64,000 nt of DNA from Utricularia gibba (Eukaryota; Plantae; Magnoliophyta), in NCBI GenBank assembly GCA_002189035.1, contig NEEC01000021.1, forward strand, positions 1,302,001 to 1,366,000. Direction: 5' to 3'. Position numbers and translations under genes: made by a program. This document shows positions 11,940 to 24,646 of this stretch, in pieces. Numbering within the stretch: position 1 is the stretch's first letter; each line of letters starts with the position of its first letter. Below the pieces are notes generated by a model. The model did not search any database. It was not told the DNA's origin and was given only the letters and a program-made list of their open reading frames with translations.

Positions 11940-13510
11940 ATGGAGGCGCAAGCTTTGTGCCATCGGACACTAACGTGCGCGGCTCTCCCTTCATCGGCTA
12001 GTCCTTTAGTGTTGAAATCCTCTACTCTTACAGTATCTTCTTCTCACAGTGGTAAGTGGCGTTTCTGGTAATCTTTTTGTGCTTTTACCTGTATTGAGAT
12101 AAGCGGAATGAGGTACATGTTTTTGTTTTCTCATTTCCAGTGTCGTGCAGAGGGAAATTAAACGAAAAGGACATCTTTCAGGATCTACCGAAGGAGTTTC
12201 ACGACGATGTAAGCTATTCAATGTTCGAATACTGTTTTTATTCTCATGTATACGCTTCAGTTTTGATGGATTTTTAGATGAAGGTGAGTTTACAGTGATA
12301 ATTATTGGTCTTTTAGGAGTGGCAAGCGAGGCAGAGGGAGAAAACGAAGGAATTCAACAAAAGGGTGAAGGAGGAAGAAGAGGAAGAGGAAAGAAAGGTA
12401 GATGAGTACCGTGAAATTGGATTAAGATTGCGAAATTATCCGGAAGAAGATCTTGTAAAAGCCAGGAAGTTGGTCTCCAGCTTCATTAGATCAGCTGAAG
12501 AGGTTGAAGAGGCAAGTGGCTTTTGCTTATATAGAGCTTGATTTTTGTGACCTCTGTTTTACCTGAACCAATCTGATATGGTGCAGAAAATAGAAGAGGC
12601 TGCTGAGAAAGGTGAACTGAATGAACTAGTCCTCCTTGTCATATATAATCGGCTGGATCTTGCACGGCGTGATGTTAGTTTCGACCTTATTTCATGTTTG
12701 ATGAGTGTGCCTTAGTATATGAATACTGATCCTGATTTTGCTGATGATAAAAATAGATTTTTGAACCATATACATGTTACAGTAAAATGTATCTGGGTGT
12801 GCATACAGGCATTTACTCTTTTTTTAAGACAGAATGGTGATCTAGATGTTTGGAATTTGTACCAGGAAGAAAGGGATGCCATCAGAAGTCTTGATCTGTT
12901 GTACAGGAGGGTTGAGGTTTGTTGCCGTTTTTCTTGATCTCGTATATGGTAGCTTTGAACCACTGAACCCATGGCTAAACTCTCTGTGCTTTAGGCTGAG
13001 ATTCTCAGACGGGAGGCAACTCCAGCAATGCAATTACTCAACAATCTGTTGAATCTACACGATGGATATGATGATGAAGGCTGGCTCAAGGCTTGCAAGA
13101 AGACAATGGTTGAAACTTTTCCCCGAGAAGATCCATTCAGTCTTCTTGTACCTCATGGATTTGACATTGACAAGGTACACCGATTTGGGGTTTCTGTAAT
13201 TCACTCGACTTAATCTCTTACGCCCGCCCTTTAAGTTGCTTCGCCGTATTCAAATGCCATTTTGTTATGTCAGCATGAAGGTCCAATGAGGCGAATCATC
13301 AAGGATGATGATATAATTTTTAGAGTGGATTTTGTCCGAGAGGTAGATCAACTCTTGCAAGAAGTTAAAAAATCAGAGCAAGAAAATGTTTCAAATACTC
13401 GAGCCTCGGATCCGGAATCGATTGCTAACAAGTTAAAACAACAGGAGAAACTGCGAGCCATTCACCAAGTTGAAACTCTTTTAGATCTTGCCATCAATTT
13501 GACTTGGTAG
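11940..13510 (+). CDS. PAC: PALE CRESS chloroplast protein
   Basis: Spliced peptides EWQARQREKTKE..., RKVDEYREIGLRL, EEAAEKGELNELVL, DAIRSLDLLYRRVE, FPREDPFS, RVDFVREVD and LDLAINLTW* are collinear with Arabidopsis PAC as recalled. Confidence 0.93.
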
Positions 13511-13666
13511 TCTTATGCTTCTTGAATTCTGTACTGGGCATGATTTGCTGTAATGGTTGAATGATATCTATGGTTTAGAAGACTTTGTGACTATGAACAG
13601 AAGTTTCATTAATCTTTGAAACCAAGCTGAAGTTTTAAATACATCTGACCATTTTCAAAAAGCTCC

Positions 13667-16600
13667 TTATGCTAGTAGTTCATTTTCAGAGGTGATGGCT
13701 GCAGAAGAATGCCTGCTGCTCTTGCGGGAGCTTCTCTTGGTAGAGACAAGCACACCCTCCTCCTCATCCATGGCTGCCGAATTCTGAGAATCTGATGAAT
13801 CGAATACCGGGTGGAGATAAGTATCCTTGAGGTAAGCCTTCAGGTCTAAATATGGCTCAGTAGCTCTTTCCAGTGTGTCCTTGACTACTGCATCCTGTTG
13901 GACGAAACCAATGTTACTTCCTTGAATATGTTTGTCGAAACAGAGTTACCTTTGAAATACCTGGAGAGGGTACTTGACGAATGCCGACTCGAAACGCCCT
14001 TTCAGAAATATATGAAACCAGATGGTGAGGATGGGAAGTACTATGAGCAGTGGAGTTGATTGAGCTGCACCCTTGGTGCTGAGGAGACCCAGAAGTAGTA
14101 ACTGTGAGATTATCATGCCAATGATTATTCGTCGAAGTACATCCGGCCAAAATGCAGCTCCGCTTTCGTATGTCTGATCATAGACATTGATGATCTGAGA
14201 AGCAAGAGCAGAATGTGGTAAGATTTCACAGCTGAAATACTAGAAGAGTCTCTCTGGTGCGTATGCCAACACAAGGTTACCTGATGGCGGAAGATGACAT
14301 ATCCGAATGCGAAGAATACGAGGATGAAGGGCAGAATAAGGGGTGTGACCGCTGAGTAGACAAATCCAAGCAAGAAGTATAGTTGTAAACGAGGTTCATA
14401 TGCAGCGAAATTTATGCTTCCTGGTTCCATGGCTTGCTCTCTATCCAGTTCAGTCTTGACAAGAAATGTGTTCTTAAATTGGAAGAGAATCAGTGGAACT
14501 AGTCGAAGCACCTCAGAAGCAACTCCAGCCCAGCCATCAACCATGATGTATGTAATGAAAAATGTTGCCTTCAGAGGAATTGCGAAACCGACAGTCTTCG
14601 GAATCCTGGACATTGGCAAGGTTGTAAGAATCAAGAAGCTTCTTAAAAAGATGTTCAATCAAGAGAAAGGCAACGTGAATTTACTCAGATGGGGCCTGGT
14701 TGAGAAACTTCTGAAGCTGTTCAAATGCAGCTCCTGTAAGTACACTTCCAAAGAAGATGTTTACAAGTATAAACAAGTGATATTTTCCAGCTGCTCGTCT
14801 TTCAAGGAGTGAAAGGGCTGTGAAGCCTTCTATTTTGGACATTGCCATGAGAATTGTTGGAAGAAAAATGAGGAATATCTTCAGAACAATGCCTGGAAGA
14901 AAGCCCTGAACCACAGCCTTGACCTTTCGTCTGTAGGAGAAGAAGAAAAGGCAATTTAGAAAACGAGCCAATAAAACCAAGATCAACAATTGGCAAGAAC
15001 TAAGTACTTACGCTTCAATCAACGGTTTCAGGAACGGAAAAACCCTCTCAATGCCCTCTACACTTGCCAAGGATTGGACAAATGCAATGGGAATCATGAA
15101 AAAGAATGTAAGAAAGAAAGTTACAATAGCTATGAGTAATCTTTTAACAGCAAGTTCCACGTATGGTATTGCAAGATTGTCCCAGTAAACATCCCGGGGT
15201 TCAGGAGCCCATTCTGTGAGCCAGAGAGTGGGATTGCTTGTTTGTTGAGTTTGAGCACAAACAGCTGCTCCCCATCGTGTTCGGAACGAAACAAATGCAG
15301 CTGGTATAATGGACTTCGGATCATTCATTACCTTCTCCCTTTCAAGATCTTCCTGCATTCAAAGAGTGTTACAGTCATGAATGCAGAAACTAGCATCTTT
15401 TACAGTTCTTTTTTCGGGGCTTACTTCTCTGGAGATCTTTTCGATTTCATCTGTGTAGTAATCAATGGCGTCCACAGTCTTACCCCAGAGACCACAGCAA
15501 GCTGTCTGTAAGTATCAAAAGAGATTACCACTGGATTCTGAGTGATGCAGAAGCACATCAAATGAGAGGAATCCTGGAAGAAAGCAGCAAACCTTTGTTT
15601 TTGGTTTCGTTTTTGGATCCCGTTCATAACGTGTTTGATAGTAAGTTCTCCAGTTCATTAAGCTCTTCTTCTTTTCCACCAATTTCGCAAGCCTGTTTGC
15701 ATTATATACTAGCTGCAACACATCAGTTGGAAAGCATTGTACCTCAGTTCGTGTTGCGGAGTCATCATTTCAATTTAATGACGGATGAATAAAATCAAAC
15801 CTGATGCATAAGATAATGATCAGAGTGATTGACACAGAAGAAGTGATCCACATGTTCACCAACCGATTCGTCAGGGTCAGCAGGTACATTCCTGACCAGG
15901 ACCTGAAGTGAAGCATGAATCAGTATCACTCACAGTTCGGTAGAAATGCCAAATTCGTGTTCATCGGCTCACTGTAAACTGATTCGGCCTTCGATTTTCA
16001 GATGCCAGGAACTGTAGCCTCTTGTCTGTCACAATTTTGTATTCTTTGTGAAGGACATAAAATGTCCAAAATGTGAATACATAGGCCATTACAATGTGAG
16101 CTATAAACCTGAATGATGATCAGGATTAACTTTTCACGTACAAATGTTGGAAAACGAGAATTAACAATGTATTCAAGAATTAACACTAAACAGTTACCTT
16201 TTTGATTTTGGAGGAACATTTGATATGGAGAGCTTGTCAATGTCACTGAAAGTTATATCTTTAGCATGAACAAGTGTTCCTCCAGTCCAGTTGACTGGAA
16301 CAAGAACTCCGAAAGCAAGAACAGCTATAGGAACAAAGATTTTCAAACTGCAGTGATGAATCTTGGTTCAGGCATCATGGAGTATGAAGAACAAGAAGAG
16401 ATTGAACACAATACTAGATGCAGATATTATAGCCAACTCACCCTAGAAGGTATATCCTTATGTATATAGCAGAATCAAGGCCTGCATGCTCTATTAGCTC
16501 TGGTTCAGGCATCCTGAGTGCTGCAGGCATCCATGCCCAGAACTTCAAATATGACATGCAATCCACGTTTATGAACCTCTTCACCGAATGACTCGATTTT

Positions 16601-16755
16601 CTGGGGCTTGATCTTATACCCTTCTTGTACCATTTTGGGAAATACACCCGATCGTTAAACGGTTGGAGTCGCAAGAATGCAAAAGCCAGGAGAAAGGCCA
16701 ATGCAGATAACAGGTTTATGGAAGCTGATGCACCAATATCTTGAATACTAGCCAT
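13667..16755 (-). CDS. OSCA1: OSCA1/CSC1-like mechanosensitive Ca2+-permeable channel (OSCA1.7-like)
   Basis: MASIQDIGASASINLLSALAFLLAFAFLRLQPFNDRVYFPKWY...AGLDSAIYIRIYLLG, AAFVSFRTRWGAAVCAQTQQ, WAPEPRDVYWDNL, QGFLPGIVLKIF and YEPRLQLYFLLG are seen in GT-AG exons. The stop is TAA at 13669-13667. Confidence 0.95.
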
Positions 16756-19155
16756 TCTCCTATATGGAAAAGATCACTTTCCAGCCTGAAGAAAAGCAAA
16801 CAACTACATGTCACCTCTCAAAAACAAAAAACCGGAGTCGGCTGAAGATCTTTAATTAGTCTCACTTACAGTGGTAGAAAGATGTATAAGAAGGATCAAT
16901 CTCTTTTCCCTATGTGTACCTTTGTAATCCCAATCAACAACAGCGAATCGCCCGGAAATATGCAAAACGCCGTAACTCAACTAAATGATCTGAAAAGTTT
17001 CAATAATAAAAACCAGAGTTTTCAGCACTCCTAACTACTCACTTAACAACAAAGCCGTTTATATTCAGTGAAGTCACACATCAAACACCTTCAGATCATT
17101 TCCAAAAACAGAAAAAACTGAAAGAATAGACACACGATTCCAACAATCCTTACACTAAGAATCAATTGCAACTCAAAAGCAAACAAATAAACAGGGGAAT
17201 CTCAGAAAATCACAGAAAAACGGAACCAAAAAAAAGAAAATCACAAGAAAAAGCATAAATAATAACAAGGTTTCACATAACATCAACGATTTGAATCACC
17301 GGCCAATGAGTACCATGTCGACAAAACCACGAAACAGGAAGATTCCAATTTTCCAGAAAAAGAAACCTTCGCAAACTCCCCCAGCCAAATTCCGATCAAA
17401 ACCACCGATGAATCAGGCTAAATCGTGGCGCTTCCAGATGTATCAGAGGATCCACGCGGGAGACGAGGCGGCAAGAAACTCGAGGTGGCGAGCGAGTTTC
17501 TTGTCTTCCCCTCATGACAGTTTGTAAACGTTAAACTATAAAATCTCGTTGGGTTATTTTTTTTCAAAAAGAAAAACGTGATGTGACGATAATACCCCTA
17601 CCCCGTTCCTTCAATTACCCGGGACCGTTGGATTGGGCACCCCCCACAATTTCGAAAAAGGCCTTCGATGTGAGGGGATTCCTTCTAAAACCTTCTCCAT
17701 GTTTATATAACAGTAATATATTATTAATTAAATAATAATATTAATTATTTAAAAATAATTATGATGTTTATGTCGACACGTAAGACAAAATCCAAAGTAT
17801 ATAATATGAAAGAATATCCTTCAAATTATTGAAATAATAAAATATTCTCTGTGCCGCATTTGGCTTTAATAAAATAATGTATATATTCTACAAACATTTT
17901 ATGATTTTATTTTCATTTCCTTGAAGTATACCTTTTTTCAATTCTTATTCTCATGTTTTATTTTATTAATTCTTATTCTTTTGAATAAAATATTAAAATA
18001 ATCACTTTTGAACACTCGAATATCACTTATCTAATCAATTCCCCAATGATCAATCAATAATATCTACTTAAGAACATATTATGTTTTTCATATGGTCACT
18101 TATCTTAAAAATCTAGAATCAAGCATTCTCTTAATTTTGGAGTTACTATCATAGATTTTTTGTCGTATTTTGAAAAAGAGTTTGTATAAGATTAGAATAA
18201 TTATTTTATTAAAGCACATTACTTATCCCGTTCATAATGTAGTATATAATCACTGGCTCATAGCATACATTATAAAAAATATCGCAATTCACTATATTCA
18301 TATATGATATTATTTGTTTTGAACAATCAATTCTTATAGTTTTATATTTTTTTTCTTTTTATGGAAAGATTTTTGTATAAAATTAAGAAGATCTATCTAT
18401 TTAAACACGTATAATTTTTCATTCATAATGAATATAGAATAATGTAACTAAAAGTGTGTTTTTTTTTCAATTCGATTATGGAATACGTAATGCTCACCCC
18501 TAAATACGTATGTCGACTTGATGCACATGGGATGTGGGATATGTAATTGTCGTGGCACCCACAGGCTAAAAAGGACGCATATCGACTCAAACACCAATCG
18601 CCATTTTTAAGCCCACATTGAATAATAAAAAGCATTATTTTTCTCGACAAGGGGCTTTATTTCAAGAAGAATTAATTTAAAATAAATATTATTATTAATT
18701 GTCATCCGTCCCCACCGGGTAAAAGTTTGAAGACTTACAGTGACCTACATTGACCGCAGTCCACTTTTTTTAACCTTAATTACCACCCAACCGCCAAAAT
18801 AATAAATAAATCTCAAAAAAATATAAAATATGGTCCATTTTATATTATTTTGTGTTTAAAATAAATTTTCTTTTTAATTTAAAAGGGAAAGGAAATAATC
18901 CCTTGGGCCACCAAAAATTTGGATCCGGCCCATTTTGGGCCCACCAATCATACCATCAAAGTTAGATTTTCAATACTCAATCATGTTCTTAATAAGTAAA
19001 TTTATCATTTCGTATCATTTTTTATGTTATATTGATATGATATTTATTTATTATCTTAAAAAAATTTACATTACTCTAAAATCGGATCGGTTTTTGACCG
19101 GTTTGCGGGTTATCGCCCGTACGATTTGGTTTATTACTCGATCTGGATTCCCAGT

Positions 19156-20791
19156 TCATCCTCCCTGAATAGTGATATCCACATCAGGAGATTCCATTGA
19201 GGCGTCTTCTTCCTTTTTGGGAAGATCCATTTTTGGAGGATCGCCTTCCTTGTTAGGAAAATCTGCACCCGTTTTAGGAGCCTGCATTTTCGGAGGATCT
19301 TCTTCCTTTTTAGGAAGCTCTGCATAAGAAGCTTCCGTTGCATCGTGCACTTCTTCCTGTTTAGGAGCTTCTGCATCAGATGCTTCTGTCGGGGGATCTT
19401 CTTCTTCCTTTTCTGCCGGAAGATCTTTCCAGCCAACTAGGGATTGTAGAAATTCTGCAATCAAGGGATCAGTTTCCTTGACACGTGCGAAATCGCTCGT
19501 TCTTACAAGATCTGCATGACAAACAAGCCTTCATCAACACAGAAACTGTAATCTTGTCCGAAGGGAAACATCCCTGCTACCTTCAGGCCTTTGAAGTGAA
19601 GCAACGAACTTGAGACAGCATAATTTCAGCTCCGAGGAACGGCACCGCTCGGCCAACGCCCAGGTCGAAGCAATAGTATCGATCGATATGCTTTCTCTGA
19701 CATGAGAAGTACAGAACACCTTGAGCCGATTCAAGTCATATCGGTAAGCTAAAGAGAGCAGATTTCGAGTCATTGCGATGGAGAAATCCTCCAAATTTGG
19801 AAGAAGGTCACAGTATATGAAGTCAAGCAGAGCCTGCAAAGTGCAAAGGGAGACATTCAATGCACATGCACGAACCAAACAAACCAAGAGGACTCTACCT
19901 TGAGCACAGCGGTTTCAATTCCATGGAGTTTTATCTGATTTGGGGACTCATCCTTCGCTGAATCGAAAAACTGGGCTCTGAGTACTGACGAACGGGCGGC
20001 TAGAACTGATTTGTGAGCTGGGAATTGCTCTCCGTCCACATCGAAGCTCATGTCTGCTCCCTTCCCAGTTCTTAACAAGCGCCGTAAGTCATGAGTGATT
20101 TCTGGTAGGGGCACGGTCACTGAACTGTCTGGAGACGGCGGGTGAACCACTGTCATCGTGCAATGAATGAGCAGACAATCATCTTTCAAGAAACCAGAGC
20201 TCTCCACCTCGCCCCGTTTTATGAAGCCGAACCAGCCCCTATCACCAAAATCAGAACTTGCATTTATAAACTATTCTTGATCATACAAAATGAGGCCCGT
20301 GGAAATGTATTAGTGGGCATTGAGGCTGCGATCGCCTGCATGAAGCCGGAATCGCTAGTAGCAAAGATGAAGTATGATGGTTTCAAACCCTATGCAGAAA
20401 GAAAGCACACCCACCTCTCAGTCCCTGATCTTGAAAACTCAAAAGGGAGCCGGTTTTCGTTAACCTTGTGCTTGTTCCCTCCGCTCTGGTCGAGAATAAG
20501 CAAGCTGAAGCTCACGATGGCAGGTTTCGAAGAAGCTAATGCCAAGAAAATTGAGATGTAGCCAGCAGAGGAAAAGGAATCGTTTTTCGCGTAGGGGTAC
20601 ATATTTATCTTCCACGCGGAATCGCCGACCTGAAACTCATCCGAAGAGACACAGTTTCCGGCACCGACACACAGCCCTTTGAGCAACGAATAGTTCCTTA
20701 TGGTGAAAAGGTGAGACCCTGCGACCTGCTTCGGTGCCCATGTCGACGTTGTCTCCCCCGGCGGAGGCTGCTCCTTGTCCTCGTGCTCCAT
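19156..20791 (-). CDS. MATH-BTB (BPM-like), copy 3, intact, with acidic repetitive C-terminal tail
   Basis: Exons 20791-20415, 20238-19899, 19833-19581 and 19511-19156 have consistent phases (2,0,1) and GT-AG sites. MATH, BTB (DMSFDVDGEQFPAHKSVLAARSSV) and ALLDFIYCD motifs are present. Confidence 0.9.
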
Positions 20792-22689
20792 CCCCGGAAG
20801 GCTGCCGTCGGACCTCAGCTTCCCTTTATTCTTGGCTTGGATACAATGAAGAGATGAGACGACTCATTGGATTTGGAATGCATCGATCGGCACCCAAAGT
20901 TGAAAGCAAGATAAGTATATCCCAATCCTCATTTAGAGTTCATTTTGCAATGGTTTGATATGAGTAAATTGTATCACATTAAGTATTATTTATGTCAAAA
21001 TAATAATTATTAAATTATTAAAAAATTAATTTTATAAACCAATTTAAATATTGTTCTGAATAATCATGATTATTAAATGTATCTATGTCACTCATTCTGA
21101 ATCTATCATATTGAACCATGAAAGTGATTATCCAATAAAGCTTTGGTATTCTCACTATCCAACTCTTCGTTGAACGATCGTCTTTCACAGTTCAACACGA
21201 CTAACTCGAATCAAGTGTCGAAATGATTTGCTAAGGATATTGAGAATCATCACGTTTTGTGATTTAAGATTTAGGGTTTATAATTTTTACCAACAATAAG
21301 GATCAATACAAAGTAAATTTTGTATGTTTAAAACATAATTTATATAGTTTAAAATAAAACGAGTTTCGTAGATTTGGAATTAAAATGTGTTTACTAGATG
21401 CCCTTAGTTGTATTATAGTTATTTTAAAATGTTTTAGTTCATGATTTTAAAACATGAGACTTAACTCTCATTATTAGTGCATTTAGTAGAGGATAATCAT
21501 AGGGATTTGAGTGAAGTGTGAATTGAAATTTGGAGGATATTATTTATTAAAAATTAAAACTACTATGAATATCTAATCTGATTATCCTATCTCTCCCCTC
21601 CATTGGAATATTATCAAAAAATATTTCAAAAAATTAATTTATATAGGGTGTTAAATATTACATTTTAATTTATATTTATTGAAAAAATTAGTTAGGTTTT
21701 GATTGACTCCGACCATGGTATTAAAATGGTCGCGCCTCCACGTGATCACGGCCACCCTTGTCCCCGGCCACTTCGTTCACCGCCATGACCAGTACTATGT
21801 TCACATTGCCAGCACGTGTTGAAAGTTGAAACTCGATAGTAAAATACAACTTTGACTTGAATTAATTTATAACACGGGTTATCTAAAAAAAAAGGTTTCA
21901 GTATAATAACAACATACAGTATGATCTATAACATTGATAATTTAACAAAAAACCGAGCCAAAGTGTACTACACTGATAAATGATCTGTATTGTTCCAAAA
22001 TATGTGTTTTCATCAATTTTGATGATTGTTTTTATTTATTTTATAGTATATTTTTTTATTATTTTTAATTGATTTTACATATATTACATTAATTTTATAT
22101 TTTTAAAGAAAAATTCTATTTCGTTGATTTTTAGAATATTTTTCAAGTCAATTTAAAAAAAATTACAACTAAACCTCCAATTTTACTATGAAGTCATCCG
22201 AGTTTTAGGTTCAAGATTCTCATTGTCCAATATATTTATTATTTTTAAAATGTTACAAATTTTCAAAAAAAATGATAATGTTAATTAGAAGAACCATTTT
22301 AGCACGAATCCTTCATTACAAAAGTTGATTGTGTAAGTTTCGATACTTGATTATAGTATCTTATATTAATTATAAATTGAAGACGAAATGTATTTAAATA
22401 GATGTATCATTTTAATTTTATATAAAAAATTGTTTTTCTAAAAATATAGAATATAAAATCATAATAATTAGATGTATAAAACCAACAATATAGTAGCATC
22501 ATCACACCAGTTTGTCACCGTCCAAGAATGCGACACATATTCGAGTTCTTTCTTTGTCTTTTTTCTCTCTTTTTATGTGTTTTGTGTGTTCCAGATGTCT
22601 GTGTGTCTTCACACCTTTGCCCACCCTCCATTCCTATATAAACATCAGCACATTCTCCCCTACTGAAAACTTCCCATTTCGCAGAGAAA

Positions 22690-22827
22690 ATGGCAGCAGC
22701 AGCGAGCTCAGGTCTGCCGATCAGAAGATTGAAGAACAGTTCCATGAAGCAGCAGGTTAGAGAGCAGAAGGGGCGTCTGTATATTGCTTGGAGATGCGTT
22801 CTTCTTCTTCTTTGCTGCAACGACTGA
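22690..22827 (+). CDS. RTFL: DEVIL/ROTUNDIFOLIA4-like (DVL/RTFL) 45-aa micropeptide
   Basis: Manual translation gives MAAAASSGLPIRRLKNSSMKQQVREQKGRLYIAWRCVLLLLCCND*, matching the RTF-domain consensus (REQR.RLYI.RRC..MLLCW.D). A TATA box (ctatataaa) is at about 22634. Confidence 0.9.
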   Translation: MAAAASSGLPIRRLKNSSMKQQVREQKGRLYIAWRCVLLLLCCND

Positions 22828-23455
22828 GGAACAAGATGGAAAAAAAGCTGTAGTGTCATTAGTTTTTTGTGTTGCCGACACAGAGAGATTCATGATCATC
22901 ATATCTTGTTCTTCTTTTTCTAGAATGTTCTGAACACATGGTTTATAACCTTTAGTCAATTAGAATGCAAGCAAATACTAATTTGAAGTTGCTTATTTGA
23001 CTCAATTCCAATTTAAAAATATTTAAAGTTGATATTTATTCGGATTTCGGGTTGTGTTCTATTAAAGTAATATCACGTTCATATCATTGAACCCAAACTC
23101 AATCCATTTGGAGTTAAATTTGAATTTTGAATCTATTTTCACCATCATTTGCATGTTTTAAAAAATAATTATTATTATTTATGGCTTTAAATATTAAAAA
23201 AATTAAGAATAAGGGTCTGTTGTATAAAAAAATATCATTATTTTAATAATTATATTGAAAATATGGATAATTGTAGAATGGACTTCATGCTCTAGAAAGA
23301 TAAAATAAAATGTAGTAATTTGGGTCTAAAAATGCAAGTTTAAGGTGATTACTGGGCTGAGCTATTATTGGATTTTTTGGGCCTATGGCCCAAAGGGAGC
23401 TGTGCTTCCGTTTACGGGAAGAAGCCCTAGGTGCCGAATTGCAGCGGCTTCCCGA

Positions 23456-24646
23456 ATGCGGGCACGATGGAGATTGTTGTCCCTCTCTCGGATCTCAAAT
23501 GCGGATGCTCATGCTCCATACTTCATGTTACGATTTACCGCCGGAATTTCGAGTTTGAAAGTAGTGTGGAAAAAGGATCCAAAACTCGATCAAGCAATAG
23601 AGAACGACAAGAAATGGCGGCTGTGCGCTCGTGTCGTGAGAGAAGTGTTGAACGAGCCGGGCCAGGTAATTGCGCTCCGTTACTTGGATAAACGCCGCGA
23701 GCGGCTTCGATTGCCGGTAAAAATCGAAACTTTTCTTGCGCAAAACCCTGGACTGTTTGATAGGTACAAGGATAGGATCAGGCCTAAATCTGATCTGGTT
23801 ACTTTCCTCCGGCCTAGTGATAGGTTGAACAAGTTTTTGGAGGAGGAGAAACTTATTTATCAGGAAAATGAGGATTTGGCTGTGCAGAAGTTATGTAAAC
23901 TGTTGATGATGGCTGGGAATAAGGTCCTTTCTGCTGATAAACTAGTCGAGGTGAAAAGGGACTTTGGATTTCCGAATGATTTTATGGTAAATTTGGTGCC
24001 GAAGTATCCAGAATACTTTAGAATTGTCGGGGAACCTGGCGAGGGAAAGTCATTTCTTGAGTTAGTTTCGTGGAATGAGGAATTTGCCAAGTCGGTTATT
24101 CAGAAAAGAGCAGACGAGGAGTCTGTTTTGACAGGGATAAAGGCTAGGCCAGCGTTCACTTGGAAGCTCCCTGCAGGGTTTTTCCTCAAGAAGGAAATGA
24201 GGGAGTGGATTATGGATTGGATGGAGTTACCTTACATTTCACCATACGAAGATATTTCGCATTTAGAATCAGCTTCTCCGGAAATGGAAAAGAGAATGGT
24301 AGGTGTATTCCATGAGCTACTTTCACTTTCGATATACAAGAGGATCCCAGTGCCAATCCTTGGAAAGTTCTGTGAAGATTTTAAATTTAGCAATGCATTT
24401 TCAAGTGTGTTCACAAGACATTCAGGTATTTTCTATATGTCCCTCAAGGGTGGGATTCGTACAGCAATGCTGAGAGAAGCATACAAAGGCGACCAAATTA
24501 TTGACCGTGATCCTCTTCTCACTATAAATGATAAGTTCATCGAGTTGCTGCAGGAGGGATGGCAACAGAGGCAAGAGGAGTTGAGAAAACGTGGTGAAAA
24601 TGTTCATAGGGAGATTTTACTGATGGCCTTGGGGCAGAACGGCTGA
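23456..24646 (+). CDS. Plant organelle RNA recognition (PORR) domain protein, intronless
   Basis: A 396-codon ORF contains SSLKVVWKKDPKLDQAIE, LCKLLMM, DFGFPNDF...LVPKYPEYF, LPYISPY, EKRMVGVFHELLSL and HSGIFYMSLKG, all PORR-family hallmarks, with a transit-peptide-like N-terminus. Confidence 0.9.
   Translation: MRARWRLLSLSRISNADAHAPYFMLRFTAGISSLKVVWKKDPKLDQAIENDKKWRLCARVVREVLNEPGQVIALRYLDKRRERLRLPVKIETFLAQNPGLFDRYKDRIRPKSDLVTFLRPSDRLNKFLEEEKLIYQENEDLAVQKLCKLLMMAGNKVLSADKLVEVKRDFGFPNDFMVNLVPKYPEYFRIVGEPGEGKSFLELVSWNEEFAKSVIQKRADEESVLTGIKARPAFTWKLPAGFFLKKEMREWIMDWMELPYISPYEDISHLESASPEMEKRMVGVFHELLSLSIYKRIPVPILGKFCEDFKFSNAFSSVFTRHSGIFYMSLKGGIRTAMLREAYKGDQIIDRDPLLTINDKFIELLQEGWQQRQEELRKRGENVHREILLMALGQNG

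Noticed and set aside
18500-18540. USE-like ATCCCACATCC plus TATTTA 23 bp downstream on the minus strand (snRNA-type Pol III promoter)
   Set aside because: The downstream sequence is AT-rich, hits TTTT within about 30 nt and resembles no snRNA. It is likely chance.
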